A DNA stretch of 64,000 nucleotides from Balanoglossus misakiensis (taxonomy: Eukaryota > Animalia > Hemichordata), in NCBI GenBank assembly GCA_040954595.2, contig CM082582.2:13056327-13120326 (forward strand), given 5' to 3'. The notes under the pieces are model-generated. The model was not told the DNA's origin, searched no databases, and worked only from the letters and a program-made list of their open reading frames with translations. Of this stretch, positions 51,401-64,000 are shown in pieces. The position numbers and the translations under genes are program-made. Numbering within the stretch: position 1 is the first letter of the stretch; each line of letters opens with the position of its first letter.

Positions 51401-54400
51401 TTTCGCTAAGAGACAACTCAATGACAATCAAGGTCCCATCGAGCGCGATCTCTTAGCCGCGAGTTTGAAACTTTGTCTGACTTTTGGTGTATTTATAATG
51501 GTAATATTCTCGGATTCAGTTCCGCTTTATGTACCTGACACCAGTTGGTAGAAAACTGTAGATTCTTCATCTGGGTCCCTGGCTTGCAACTGATACACCG
51601 ATACGCCCATAGGGGCGTTTGTTGCAACCACTGCGTAGTACGGGTAGACTGGCATGGTCCATTCTGGAGGTTCATCATTGACGTCAACAAGGGTAATAAC
51701 GACATTTCTGACATTGGAAGTTGCTGCAAAAAGGAAAACACAAAATGGAAGAGGGATTAATGTGGTATGATGTCTCTAAAACTATTCTTGTTTATGATTC
51801 ACCCCGCTCTTTTTGCTGAAAGTTAAATTTTGTTGTGCTTCAAGTATTTCAAAAGTCAACCCACTCACATATTTCGTACAACCATGTACCACACTGACAT
51901 ATCTTTATTTGTCATTAAATCGTTGATACTGTTGAACCCATTGTGTAATTTGACGATCAAAATAGCTGCTTTTTATCCCCGACACTGACGTAATTCCACT
52001 TGTGGGATTATTTACGCGATGATATTTCAACTATTCAGCAATACATTTACAATCTGTTATCAACAACCCCACTACAGTTCCAAGAAGACACCGAGTCATG
52101 AGATATTTGAGAAGTCTTGACTTCAAAGCAGGTGCATAGTGTCCTTGCCAGACCTCAGCCTGACCTGAACATCCTGGCATTTCCATTGCCACCATAAAAA
52201 ATATTGCAAAACTAGCCAAAAGTTCTAGCTTCGATTAATAGACTTCCAACGACTTCAGAATAACTCCACGATTTGCATGGCTCTCATAACCTTACATCCT
52301 GGTTTTTTTGCGGATACAGATACCAATTGTCATGCAACTGATCACCTCCGTACGTGTACTATCTCATACCTTACGTATGGCCCTGTAATTTAGTAACAAT
52401 ATCTCATCTCATATGTTAAATCATGCTGATTCATCTTGTTATCTCTTTCAATGATTAAACAAGTTTGGCGTCTGAATGTCCTTGCACGGGTGTTCTGCTC
52501 ATTATATATGGTAAAATACGCAACATCATTGGGCCTTAGATTAAAACTCTTAACTCTGCGACTCTTAACTCTGTGACTGACATTCCAAGGTAAACCTCAG
52601 TGAGACGATGTAAATTTGACCAGGTGAAGTACAGAGCCAAACCAGTTTTCAACCGAGTTACTTTTGATGGATTATAAAGAGAGACTGCTACACTGCTGGT
52701 AGCTATGTTGATTTGTAAATATGGCGGACATCCAGCTCGGGGTGACATTTCAACTCTGTTATCCATTCCTGAAATAACTAAAGTGAAACCAGAGAATCTT
52801 CATATAACCGCTCACTCTATTTATTGTCACTTTACAAAGGGTCAAACTTGGAGAAAACATTTCTGACAAACCAAGAAAACCAAGTCCACCACCGAACTGA
52901 GAAACTCATGTGTCAGCAATCAGACACTCTTGAGAAAAATCAGGGTGTGTCCTTGTAGGATTTTAACACAACATCTATGTCACGTTGAGTTTTGTGAAAT
53001 CACAGCTGGAGAAGCTAGAGATCAGCTTTCCATATCCCCTGCAACTGAATTTAGTCTAAACACCCACACAGATCATGCTGCAGATGTAGTGAATCTTAAA
53101 GTTTTTGAACACTAACATCTTGATAGAATCCATGTCTCTCTCAGACTCTGGACGTGCCATGTCAAGTTGCCATGACACTCAACAGACCATGATAATACTG
53201 AGACTCCTCGCTGTTTATAGCGTTAGTGCAACCGTGATACTGTACAGAACCAGTTTTTGACATACACAACTTAAATACTTATTTGCCAACAATACAAAGC
53301 ACTTGCCCATTGTAGGCAATTCTTGCATCCATCACAGTATACTTGCAAACTATTTTTATAGGTCTGTTAAACTCCTCTTTTAATGACTGTTTTGTTGCTG
53401 GGCAATGCAAAACACACTGCCAGTTTCACAGGACACTGCAACACACATGCCACTGCCAACTTCACACAGTGAGCGGACATGAACAATACACATCAGACAT
53501 GGTGTCTGATCCTAAGAGTGTCTCATTTTTCAGTTTCTGACTGCATCCAACATTTCATTTTCTCTGGAACAAGATAAGTCACAAATTCCAAAACCTGGCA
53601 GGTTTTCAACTATTCTTTGCATTTTTGATTAAATTCCAGCTTTGAAGGTGTGGGAGTGGGGCTGGAAATGATACCAGTACTCTGAAACCGAAAGACACAG
53701 GATTGGCCTGGCAGGGAACTAATTTTGATCAAGATTAAATTCAAATACCAGTCAAAACATATTCGAAATTATCCAGATTATTGAATGTACGCGACATGGG
53801 CCTAGACAAAATTTTAAAATCAATGTCATAAGGTGAACTTCTCAAAAGTGTTTTGAAATAACCTTTGACCACGATGAAAGCGTATTCGGTATTTCGAAAA
53901 TGCAGTTTCAATACTTTCATTTGACCCACAACTCTGGAAACAACCTATGACCTGGTACCCAGCTGTTCCAATCAAGCTTTGCCTTCAATGAAGTCAGTCC
54001 AGTGTATTAGGACGCCAATTTTAAAAGTTTGAGAAAATATTATGATTTGTCTTGTAATGGAACTGTAGCATACAGTGATTCCTATCCTTTTTGACCGCCT
54101 AAAAAGTGACCATGTTTGACAGATTTGCAAACACAGAAAGTCAAATGAAAGTTAACTGAATTCACGGTAGAATAGAGATGATGCCTTCAGCTACAATTCC
54201 GGTCTCCGTCAAATAATCATGTATGATGTGTGTCTTCAAGAATGTCGGCCATATTGATTTCATTTCCATCTGTCCGGGAACAACAAACGCATTACTACAT
54301 CACCGCTGCAAGACATTCACCAAACAAAAATACTGAAACAAAAAATGCCTAAAAGCTGCAAAATGTAGAACTTCCAAACTGATAATACTACATGAAACAA

Positions 54401-57400
54401 CAATCAATAACTGTTCACATCATTACCGGGCTACAGAAGAATTTAGACTTCTTTCTTTCAGTTATTTTACTTCTATTGATCTGTTTTTGGTCTCCTCAAT
54501 TGACAGTCAAGTTGTAAAAGCTTCACATTACAACAGAGACTGTGCAATCAAATTCCTACCCAACCATTCTTCTTGTTATGTCCGCAAATTATTGATTTAC
54601 AAACCCAACAGCTGATATTGATTGTACCATAATCTAAATAACCGGTCAAGAGAGTACTTGTTGTGTCTTGGGGACATAAAAACCGCTCTAGGTACTAATA
54701 GCGACCATAAATACGAATGGACAAATTTCCTCACTTACTATAAATTGCTTATTTTTCTAATGGGAATTTTACAATCATGCTGAATAGGACTTGGATAAAC
54801 TTTCTCAACATTTTCTTTTCAAGTTTTAGAACTTTCACGCTGTCAAATATAACAGAGACTGTCACTGACCCAGTTAGTATCAAGTTTATCTTTCTCACTT
54901 TCAAATCTATTTCTCTTTGCCAGTGTGTGTTCATCTTGATGAAATGTCAAGACATTCATCTTGAGTCACACATAGTTCAGAGCGAAGTCACTATCAAATG
55001 TTCATATCAGATTTCAAATTTTCACTGCAGGTCAAACGCTATCATATTTTTAATTAGATTCCTACTTCTTGTTTTATTTATTCATTTTGATAACTTTGGA
55101 CAATATGGCACCCTTCTCACACAGACAAACTCATGTTGTGTGTTACTTGTAAAACCAAGCTGCGAGTTGGAAATTCTATTTACACAGGTTGGCCTTTAGC
55201 TGGCTGGGGTCAACCCAGGTTCTTGATGGTAATGTAAACAAATTCCATAGGATCTAAATTTTCCCATGGTCACAGCACCACTGCAAGACGACCCAATGGG
55301 TGTGTGCATTTTGCCTTTGGTGTATTTTGACGAATATAGCGACAGTTCTCGCCAAGTCACAGCGGTCTGTCTGGTAGTCTTGCCAAGTCCGGATATAAAT
55401 GTCTCGAGAAACTGGACACTACATGAAGAAGTAATTACAGACAGGGATGGTGCGTGCAGACTTGTATTTATGATTTGATCACACTGATATCCACAGCATG
55501 CGAGGTCACATACGCAAACCACTGCTGAACTAATTATCTACTTTTATCCTGAATAACACATAGAAGCCCACAACTGAGAACTAAGAAATTGACAGATTTT
55601 AATACATTTCATAAAAGTCCTGTAACTGGACAATTTGAGGGCTACACACCATCGTAAGCGACATATCAGAGTCTGGCTTTTGCACATCAATGATTGATGA
55701 GATGAGATGAGATGACATGAGATGTTATATTTGTTCTGCATGATTTATGCAGCAGATCTTTGGTAAAACACAAATATGGCAGAACACATGGTATGGGTTA
55801 ATTTTTGGCCAATTCATATAATATTTTAAATGTCATCCCTGAGAAATATGGTGAACATGTCTCTGCATGTAAATGACCAATTCATGATCCATGTACTAAT
55901 ATGTGTTTAGTGCTACTGCCCAGCGTGTCAGGTTAGCCAGTAGAAGTTGACGCCTGAATCAGAGGTCACAGTGAAACTGGCACGGCCAGCGTAGCGTCAG
56001 TGGCAGATCTGACTACTCGAGATGGAACAAACGATCGATAGGAACATCCGATATTCAAGCGGAGATTTTACGATCCTTGAAAGTGGTCTCACTGAAACCC
56101 ATTAACCTGAAACAGACAACATTTACACAATGAAAGAAAACTATCTTGCTGGTTTTATTACACTGGATTTCAGAAATCAGTGAGACCACAGTAAAAACTC
56201 ATTTTGACAGGTTGGAGTGTATTATGGCATGGGTCATCGGGAACACGATTTTCTTGAGAACAAAGCAAGCACTTGGTAGAGCAATAACTGTCAATAGAGT
56301 GCTCAAGTACTATTTCAATGCACGCTCACTGCCTTGACAGACTAGGGTTTATTAAACTTTTGATAAACACACACAATTTTAGTTCCTACATACTTCTTCA
56401 TTTTGACTTTTGGGGGGCATTTCTGTCATTTGAAACACTTCACATCTGTTTATTATATCCTGGATGCCAGTATCATCCGTAGACCATACATCCGGAATTA
56501 GTGTGCGCTCAGCTGAATCCATGCATAAAAACTAATTGTGGATTATTCCTTCATTGACGAATTTGCTATTTGTTATGAGGTATTAATCATTTATCTCATT
56601 TCTACTTAGGTGTGAGCAAATTATTTTTATAGCCCTCTCCTGTGTTTATCCATTTGAAACACAAAGTGTACCGAACTGTGACTGAACGCTAGTCCCTACT
56701 AACAATACACATAGTACTCAGCCCTGCAAGCACGTGTAGCTTGTACATTGAAATGAAAACCATGCAGCGTCACAAATGAAGTCAAGTGTGACAGAGGATT
56801 TAACCTGGGTAACTTCAAAGCACACAGTGACATCTCATTACATGGGTTACTTCCCACTAATAGGATGTATTGTAGACTACTTCTCAACTATCAAATTACA
56901 ATGGTCAGTGGTCACTCCTTCCTTTCAGATCAATTAAAGCCGCTGGCCACTGCAAACATTGAAGCCAACAAGTTCCAATGATCTTTATAAGTTGGGTTCA
57001 AATCCAACCAGTGGATGAACTTGGACATGGCCATCCAGCCATGGAATGTAGTACATAAAAGTACAGTTATTTACAAACCCCAAAACAATCTACAATCTGG
57101 ATGACAGTGATCTCTGACAGTACCAACTGGGATGGTAACATTCTGATCATTGTGATAAGCTTACAATATGTATGCTTTTAGGCATTACAGAGTTAAATTT
57201 TAACCATTTTATTCGTTTGTATCACTTGGTACGGCCATCTCTGCCAACAGTATGGACAGACATGCCACATATGTTAACTCACCACTTCAAAAAAGACACG
57301 GTCAAACATGTTGTCACGGGAAGACAAGTAATGTACACAAGGCATTAATATTAAAAATATTCATATGATTTATTTCTTTTTCCAGATAAATCAATTTATT

Positions 57401-60400
57401 CAGGATATTGAATAAATTGATTTACATGATCTGTTGAGAATGGAATGCAAAAAGCAGATGCTGATAAAGAAATCAGTTTTGTTTCTCATGAAAAAGTAAA
57501 TAAAGAGGCATTCCTGAATATCAATTTTTTCCCCAACAATGAAACTGACAAACACTAAACCATGGGATACATTTCGTAATAAGAATCGATGCAGACTTTC
57601 ACATCTGTTGACTATGATTGATTGCATGGTTGGAAAACTGATCACGTGTAACAGATTACACCTACATGTACAGATATATATAAGTCATTGAAACTGTGAA
57701 TTCCACGGGTATTAATTTTTCATTAACAATTAACCACTCCCTCATCTCTGTCCTAATCAGTTTAATCAAGATCAGCTTAATCACAAGTTGTGACTCATAC
57801 ACAAACTATTCGGACATCTGACTGCTACAGGTTGGCCCTGCCAGGGGTCAAGGGTCAGTCTGAGTTTATTTGGAGTGACAAACCACTTCAGAGGACTTCA
57901 CAGATCCCAGGACTCTGTTTATTTGCACCATATTTTTGTGGTTAGCTTTGACCATAGACCCTATGGGTAATAAAATGCCACTGTGTGAACAGTTGCCCAT
58001 TCAAAAGAATTTTATAGTGAGTAGTAGTGATAATTTGGTGGGGTCAATGTCTTGATCAGTAGCATTTAGGGTCACTGTACTGGGTGTGGGAGGGGCCGTT
58101 ATCTTGTTTTGGTAAGGGTAGGGTCTTCCTTGGCTGGTCAGAGTATTTATAGTTGGTGTGAAGTGTTTAGTAAGGTCAATGCTTTGAACTGGTTGAAATG
58201 ATGAGCTTTGAAATGTACATTTGTTCTATTGGCGGCCATTTTGAATTTTTAAATTCGAGACAATCTGACAAGTTTTCTCTCTCATTCAAAATTTTGCACT
58301 GTTACTTCTATTCCCTTTATTTAAGTATGGAGTGAAAAAGTGTGCCACTCCCATGGTCATTTGAAATCTTAGACAACCCCGTTGACCATATATAGCCATA
58401 TGCAAATCAGAGATGACCATATATGTACATGTTCACCTTATGCAACTTTTGTCAGTTACCATGGAAAGTTGAGATGTAGCCAATCACAGATTTTTGAGGG
58501 GTGGAAAAAAAGACCACCAAACGGTCAATTGCAGACTTAGACACACGCTTTTAACCATATATGGGCATATGTAAATTAAGGTTGACTGTATACCTATTTG
58601 TAAGGTCTGCACATCTATGATAAGACAGTAGAAATCTATGGATAACTAACCCATCTGAAGTTCTCTATACCATAAAACACCATAACAAAAGGTTTTGACC
58701 TACATGGCCAATTGTTTTCACACTATAATTACCATGACAATCACTTCCTAATATGTCTGACCATGGACGTAATTTTACGTCCATGGTCTGACACAAGTGT
58801 GAAATCGGCCACTGCTCATTTCTAAAGGCGAAAGTAACACACTGGATGTTTCCGGTGGAGGGTGCCACTGAAAGGAAATGTTACAAACCCATTTCTCACC
58901 CGGAATCACCCTTTGATCACAAAAGACAAGTAGTTTGGTCATCAATAAGGACAGGACATCAAAACATGCACGGCATCTTCTGAAGTTTTGTTTTAAAGAG
59001 CTGTAACGTTTTATAGGGCTGACACTACGCTGGAATGCATTAGTATATTGCATAAATGACTCAATAAGTATAATGTTACGTTTCGATGTCTGCAGTAGAA
59101 AATGAGGATTTGGAAATATGACATACCTTCGCCATCTCGGGTGATTTGAACAGAAAACTCTTCGATTTCGTTTGTTTCCCTGTCCAAAGGAGCTGCAACT
59201 GTCACGTATCCAGTGTTGTGATCCACACGAAATTTCGAGTTGCCGGGTGCCAGCATGTTGAAACGATCTCTTGTTGGGTCGCTTGGAACATTGTCAATGT
59301 CCATGACAACCGATCCCACGGTGACATCTTCTCTCAAAGATGTTCTGATGTCGGAAAGAGTTTCCCTTCTCTGTCGTGGATGCAGTTCCAGATCTACATC
59401 TCGGTCGGATGCAGCGTAACTCATTACATCTTGAATTATACTTTCAAATCGAAGAGTACTGTCAACGGGGGTTACGATTATCGTCAGTGATGATGGCAAA
59501 CCGTTTTGTATCGGCTCCCCTTGGTCTCTTACTAAAACTGTCAGTTGAAATTCCCCGACTTCGAGAGGGGCGGCAACTACAATTTCACCGGTCTTTGGTA
59601 CGATCGCGAAGTGTGGATTATACTCCACAAGACTATAAACCAAGGCGGAATTTCTGTCTTTGTCGGCATCGGTTGCGTGGACTTGGAAAATTTTAGTTCT
59701 TCTGGCAGTAATTTCAGGAATGCTTACTGTATATGTATCCTGATCGAACACAGGCGCGTTGTCGTTTTGGTCGACGACAGTGATCACCAGATCAACGGAT
59801 ATGAACTCAGGCACTTCAGTCACCGTCTCCGCCTTCACTTTAAATCTGTATTCTTCCAAATCTTCTCTGTCCAACACTTCTCTTGTGAGTATTTGGACAT
59901 GGTTTATGCCGTCAACATGGAGTAGTTTTAACCGAAATCTGTCGCTATGATCTCCTAGTAAACTATATTTTATTCTTGTGTCGGAACTCTGTCCTTCTGG
60001 TAATGAGACATAGAAGTCATCTGTCCTGACAACCCCGCCAACTGCGCTGTTTTCACGTATTGCGGCAAAATACCGATCTCTCTTGAATCTCAACAGTTTA
60101 CTGCTTTCTACTATACGAACATTAAACACTTCTTGCCATGATTTCGAGTCAGTGTTCTGATCAATCGCTAATATGACAGTGGTATCCGTCCGTTTGGTCA
60201 ACTTCCTTCGAGTTGTAACGATGCCATCTTCAGACACTTCAAAAATATTTTTGGCGTCACTAAGTTCTTTGATGGAGTACTTTTGTCCAATATGTTGAAG
60301 TCTGGTTATTTCATAACCAGGCTCTGCATCGCTTGGAACTGTTAGACTTGGCAAGGAGATGCTGGTAATGTAATTAATCCCAAACGCAGCGAAGAATATC

Positions 60401-60423
60401 AAAACTGGAGCTTTGACGGCCAT
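36444..60423 (-). CDS. Type III (DN/neural-cadherin-like) classical cadherin, 33 exons, ~2949 aa
   Basis: Exons 59127-60423, 51535-51723, 51039-51264, 50499-50715, 50222-50333, 49723-50112, 49384-49616, 48943-49216, 48525-48697, 48013-48359, 47665-47872, 47215-47413, 46770-46913, 46266-46549, 45826-46129, 44623-44850, 44073-44323, 43426-43667, 43023-43159, 42656-42895, 42301-42486, 41395-41501, 40752-41162, 40330-40595, 39697-40039, 39420-39535, 38953-39269, 38489-38661, 38055-38331, 37693-37870, 37296-37534, 36809-37102, 36444-36691; all phases consistent. Domain order: signal peptide, furin site RQRR, many EC repeats (LDRE/LDYE, DxNDNxP), non-chordate domain ([12 protein letters not shown]), EGF-LamG-EGF-LamG-EGF, TM, p120 site [10 protein letters not shown], beta-catenin region [15 protein letters not shown]. 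Confidence 0.95.
43205..43355. repeat. Single copy of the ~170-bp repeat family
   Basis: TCACCTATGCA..TTGAGAGGTAGCCAATGAGAGATTTT..GGTCATTTGAGACTT..TTTAACCATA aligns by eye to 58430-58570. Confidence 0.55.
43856..43948. mobile_element. ~90-bp piggyBac-type MITE, copy 2 (cadherin intron)
   Basis: TTAACCCTTTCACCCCCAGTTCCCT...GTGATGAAAGGGTTCA; internal sequence is similar to copy 1. Confidence 0.75.
44517..44609. mobile_element. ~90-bp piggyBac-type MITE, copy 3 (cadherin intron)
   Basis: TTGACCCTTTCACCCCCAGTTCCCT...GGTGATGAAAGGGTTAT. Confidence 0.75.
46949..47049. mobile_element. piggyBac-type MITE, copy 4, diverged (cadherin intron)
   Basis: TTAACCCTTT..CTTTCACCCCCA...CCATGGTTGTGAAAGGGTTAA, with TTAA intact at both ends. 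Confidence 0.7.
58329..58600. repeat. Degenerate ~170-bp tandem repeat (about 1.6 units), related to 43205-43355
   Basis: Shared blocks GGTCA(T/A)TTG..CTTAGACA..ACCATATAT..CATATG(C/T)AAAT at ~58356 and ~58522. The block TTGAGAnGTAGCCAATnAnAGATTTT is shared with ~43253. Confidence 0.6.
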
Positions 60424-62652
60424 GTTGAAATCGGCCGGTCGAAGCGAACGAAAAGTTCAACAAGTCCCCGACCGACAAAATGTTCGTCGGACTTTTTGAT
60501 GTGAAACTTCCTCTTCTCACTACAGTTAATATGACTAGTGTAAAGCAACAATTTTAAACCTTACCAACGCCTGGGCTCTCACAGACAACTCCGGATAATA
60601 GTTATCTCTAAGCTCAATCTTCACAAATAGTAAAAGAGCACTGTGTATGTAGAACTTTAACCACTAGTATAATAACATCACTCGCCGACTTGGCGTGCCT
60701 ATCAGTCCAGGACCCTTTCTCGAACTTGGTGGTCAGAAAGTTCCAGCTCTCCCCTTAAAAACACCAACGATTTGCCAGAAAGTAGTAACGAAGCTCCAGG
60801 TACGTGGTTTTGATGGACAAGCACGTACTGTCGGTGTGATGTTAATTCACAAAGTCTTCCTGGGCTCGTTAATTGCACACACGACTTCCCACGTCCTGGG
60901 TGCCTTTTCAAAATAACCGTTTGATGAATAATACATCAGCTACTTTTCCTGGGGATCACCCCTCGGGGAAACCCAACCCATGCGGAACGCGTGCTAGATT
61001 ATACCACGTTCGCGTGCCTCCTACAAAGGAAATTTAAATACAAGAATTACTTCAAACCCTCGTTAAAGTTTGTGTTCTTCTCGTTTTAATCAAACGCAAT
61101 ATATTTTTCATTAAGTAACAGGCACACCGCAGGGGTATAAACAATAAATGGAACAGCTAAGACAAAAGCCCGTCCCTATCAAGGAGTCTAGACGCTATGA
61201 TGATGTCATTTGCATTCTCGCATAATATATATAACTTACGCACGGTGAAGCGCACCGCAAACAGCGACATGACATTGCATTGGGAGGATTTCAGCGATAT
61301 CCTACAGAGAAAAATTAATAAAAATTGAACTACGGTGGAATATTGCTTGCATAGATGACCATGTTCATTTTTTGTCCAAGCCATATATGGTAATCGGCAC
61401 CTAGTATCTGATATGTGTATTTACTCTATCAGGGCGCGGAGGATTTAATATTGATAAAAATTAACTTGTTCCCTTTGTTGTTGTAATACTTTTAATAAAC
61501 AACTAGTAAATTCCGTCACCGTGAGCGGACACAACGAGGCGTCATGATAAAATTACTATAAGTCACTCTGAATCATATAAAGCTGCTTTTTTTTTAATAC
61601 AAATTTAATAGCTACAGAAACGGAACAGGCAATCAACGAAGCACAAGTTAACTTTAATTCCGTGAAAGAAAGCCAGTAAGTTCTGGTAAAAACGCCATAC
61701 GTTCATGTGAAGTAATCCGTATATTTTTTGTCTGGATAGTGAGTGTCACAGCCAGGAGATTTCTGTTGTCAAGAACACGGCCAATCCACGTGGAGTGACT
61801 GCGGCCAATCGACATGCATGGCTAAGAAGGTAGAGGGCGCTCTTCAAGTTTTCGCGTCTTAGAAGTGGAAATCACCGAAATTTAGTCCTGGTTTGACTTG
61901 GAAATGTTTGAGGTCTACCTTCCTTTGGAACAATGTCATGTTAAACAAAACAAAACAGAATAGAACAGATATGTTGACATTTTTCTGAACAAAATCACTA
62001 TATTGCTATAGGTTAGGATGCTATGTACATGTGCTCTTAATGATAATAACAGAATATTGAAAGAAGCTGATATTTATTTAAATAATTTTTTTACAAGTAA
62101 ATACAAAATAAAACTTGTTCACAATTACATATATAATGCAATACACAACTGATATGAGGTAAGTGAGTCTTAACACACTGGAAAAGAAGTCTGCTGTGTA
62201 GTATGATCATTGACAATTTCAGATTTTTGGCCGTGCGTTGTCACGGCCAATAGTTGGCACCTAGTCTCCCTGGCCAGTCCACCTTCTTAAAGTCATCTAA
62301 CACAGCCTTGTGGATGACATATCGATGACACAAAGGTCAACAAACACCAGTTTATGAAGTTCATAATACAGAGATTATACCATAGCAAGGTAATATACAT
62401 CTGCATCATCATAGCAGGGTAATAAACAAATATATCACTAAAATATATAGCTGAGGTATATACATTGTAAATTTTGTTAACACTAATAAAATGTGTGTCT
62501 ACCAGAGATGACTGTCACTTTACACCTTTTTTTAGTTTACTTATTGTTTGTAGTCCATGACAGAATAAAATGGTAAAAAAAACATGAAAAAACAGCAATT
62601 GTTACCGGTTCTGTTTCTGGGAATCCATGGTAAGTTTTAATTGTTCACTTCT

Positions 62653-64000
62653 TCACACTATGGTTGACATGATTTCTGTCATAGACAGTGATGGCCTGAG
62701 TGGAAAGTCTGCTAAGGTAATTGAATTGCGAGATATTTCCATTATCTTTGGTTTGCTCCTCCGATGATTATGCAAGAGACTGTCCTGGCTGCTGGCTGAC
62801 TGGTGTCGACTCTCAGACCCTGATTGACTTGAGAGATCATCGGAGCAAACACTTTCATTTCCGATGCCGTCATCGTCCTCTGAGTGACTGATGATGATCT
62901 GAACACTATGTTCTTCAACGTCCATTTTATCCTCCCCTACACTGCTCAACTCACAACGTTCGGGAATACTCGGAGGCACACCTCCTCCAAGCGAGACCCT
63001 CGAAATTCTCCTCTGCCTAGTTTCACTCACAGCAGTTTTCACCGGTTGCTCCTCAGGCTCTTTCCCAAAAGTTGATGGATTTTTGGTCGTTGATATTTTC
63101 CGTTGACGTCCTGGCATCATGTGTTTCGACTGCTGTATCTTTCTGATCAGATCAACATCCTGTTTTGTTAAAGTGCTGGATCGACGCGTATTCCGGCGAA
63201 TCTCCGGGTACCTCTCTGCCTGCCGCCTTTGCATCTGAGGAGTTCGCGTGGAATGTGATCTCTGTATGCCGCCATATTTTCTCTTCATAGGAGGAGATTG
63301 CATTCTGTGCTTGTTTCTGTTGCGTCTAGGTGGTAACGGTGGTGGTGGGTCGGTTGTGATGGATGTTTCTTTGCAAGACGATGGCAAGTACAAACAAGGT
63401 GTGATGAGTGAAGGGTGTTCACCAAGTAGTTCCATGATTTGCAAGGGTGTAGGTCTTTCATCAGGATCTATTGACCAACACTTTTCAAACAGCTCCTTTC
63501 TGAAAAGTTAGACATAAAGAGAAAAATTGACATTCTGGTAAGAAAATTAATAAAAGTCCTTATATTACATTATACTGTCATTTATCCAGTCTTCTGCTGT
63601 GTGTGGCATAGTGGTAAATGATTTAACATTCTGAAGTAAACTTACAGTTGCACATTACATCCCTCTGGTGGTTTTAGAATCTCTTGGTTTTTCAGCGCTT
63701 CTAAAACCTGAGTGTTTGATAACCCTTGGTACGGAAAACTACCAAAGGTGACAATTTCGTAGAACACCACTCCAAGACTCCAAATATCACTTTTGAATGT
63801 AAAAATTCCGTCAATGAGACTTTCTGGTGACATCCACCTCACTGGTAACATTCCTAGAAAAAAAATAATTATAAAAGATTTCACAAAGAGCTTTCATTCA
63901 CATGTTATATTACACGGTCTTATAGTATTGAGCCACTCTAATTTGTGATATTTTTTGATGTTCTCACCTTTCTTGTCAAATCTGTAGTAGTCAGAATCGT
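62653..64000 (-). CDS. Receptor tyrosine kinase, insulin-receptor superfamily, Venus kinase receptor (VKR)-like; 3' part only
   Basis: Exons 63968->64000 (partial), 63646-63853, 62653-63499. Sequence [73 protein letters not shown], followed by a long Pro/Arg/Ser-rich tail. The tyrosine kinase call is secure; the VKR subfamily call comes from recalled motifs. Confidence 0.85.

Noticed and set aside
52031-52768. Signal-peptide-like ([15 protein letters not shown]|gt) and other ORFs in cadherin intron 1 as alternative first exons
   Set aside because: No in-frame ATG before the hydrophobic stretch, and weak splice sites.
56900-57012. GGTTCAAATCC B-box/T-arm-like motif (tRNA or SINE)
   Set aside because: No cloverleaf, wrong loop size and an unconvincing A-box spacing.
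1-64000. CRISPR arrays, rRNA, tRNA, autonomous transposons or viral genes
   Set aside because: None seen; the window is spliced eukaryotic genes plus short non-autonomous repeats.

Overview
AT-rich, intron-containing animal genomic DNA. It is an invertebrate, most plausibly an ambulacrarian such as a hemichordate; this is inferred from a DN-type classical cadherin plus a Venus-kinase-receptor-like gene. I reconstructed seven complete spliced genes by hand with consistent exon phases: PEDS1/TMEM189 (-), MTG2 (+), a PARP2-type polymerase with two N-terminal WWE domains (-), LSM5 (-, one U12 intron), JARID2 (-), PIGT (+) and a 33-exon, ~2950-aa type III classical cadherin (-). The 3' end of a VKR-like receptor tyrosine kinase (-) runs off the right edge. 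Mobile DNA consists of one 773-bp TA-flanked Tc1/mariner-pogo-type MITE, four ~90-bp TTAA/CCCT piggyBac-type MITEs and a ~170-bp dispersed/tandem repeat. The best leads are post-transcriptional. The cadherin has a hidden stop-containing duplicate exon, a 15-nt in-frame microexon and a 3'UTR dense in miR-92 seed matches. LSM5 has a strand-biased three-hairpin intronic RNA next to its minor intron. JARID2 has a uORF array ending in an AUGA stop-start overlap. No prokaryote-type system (CRISPR etc.) is present. All calls were made by eye, without database searches.
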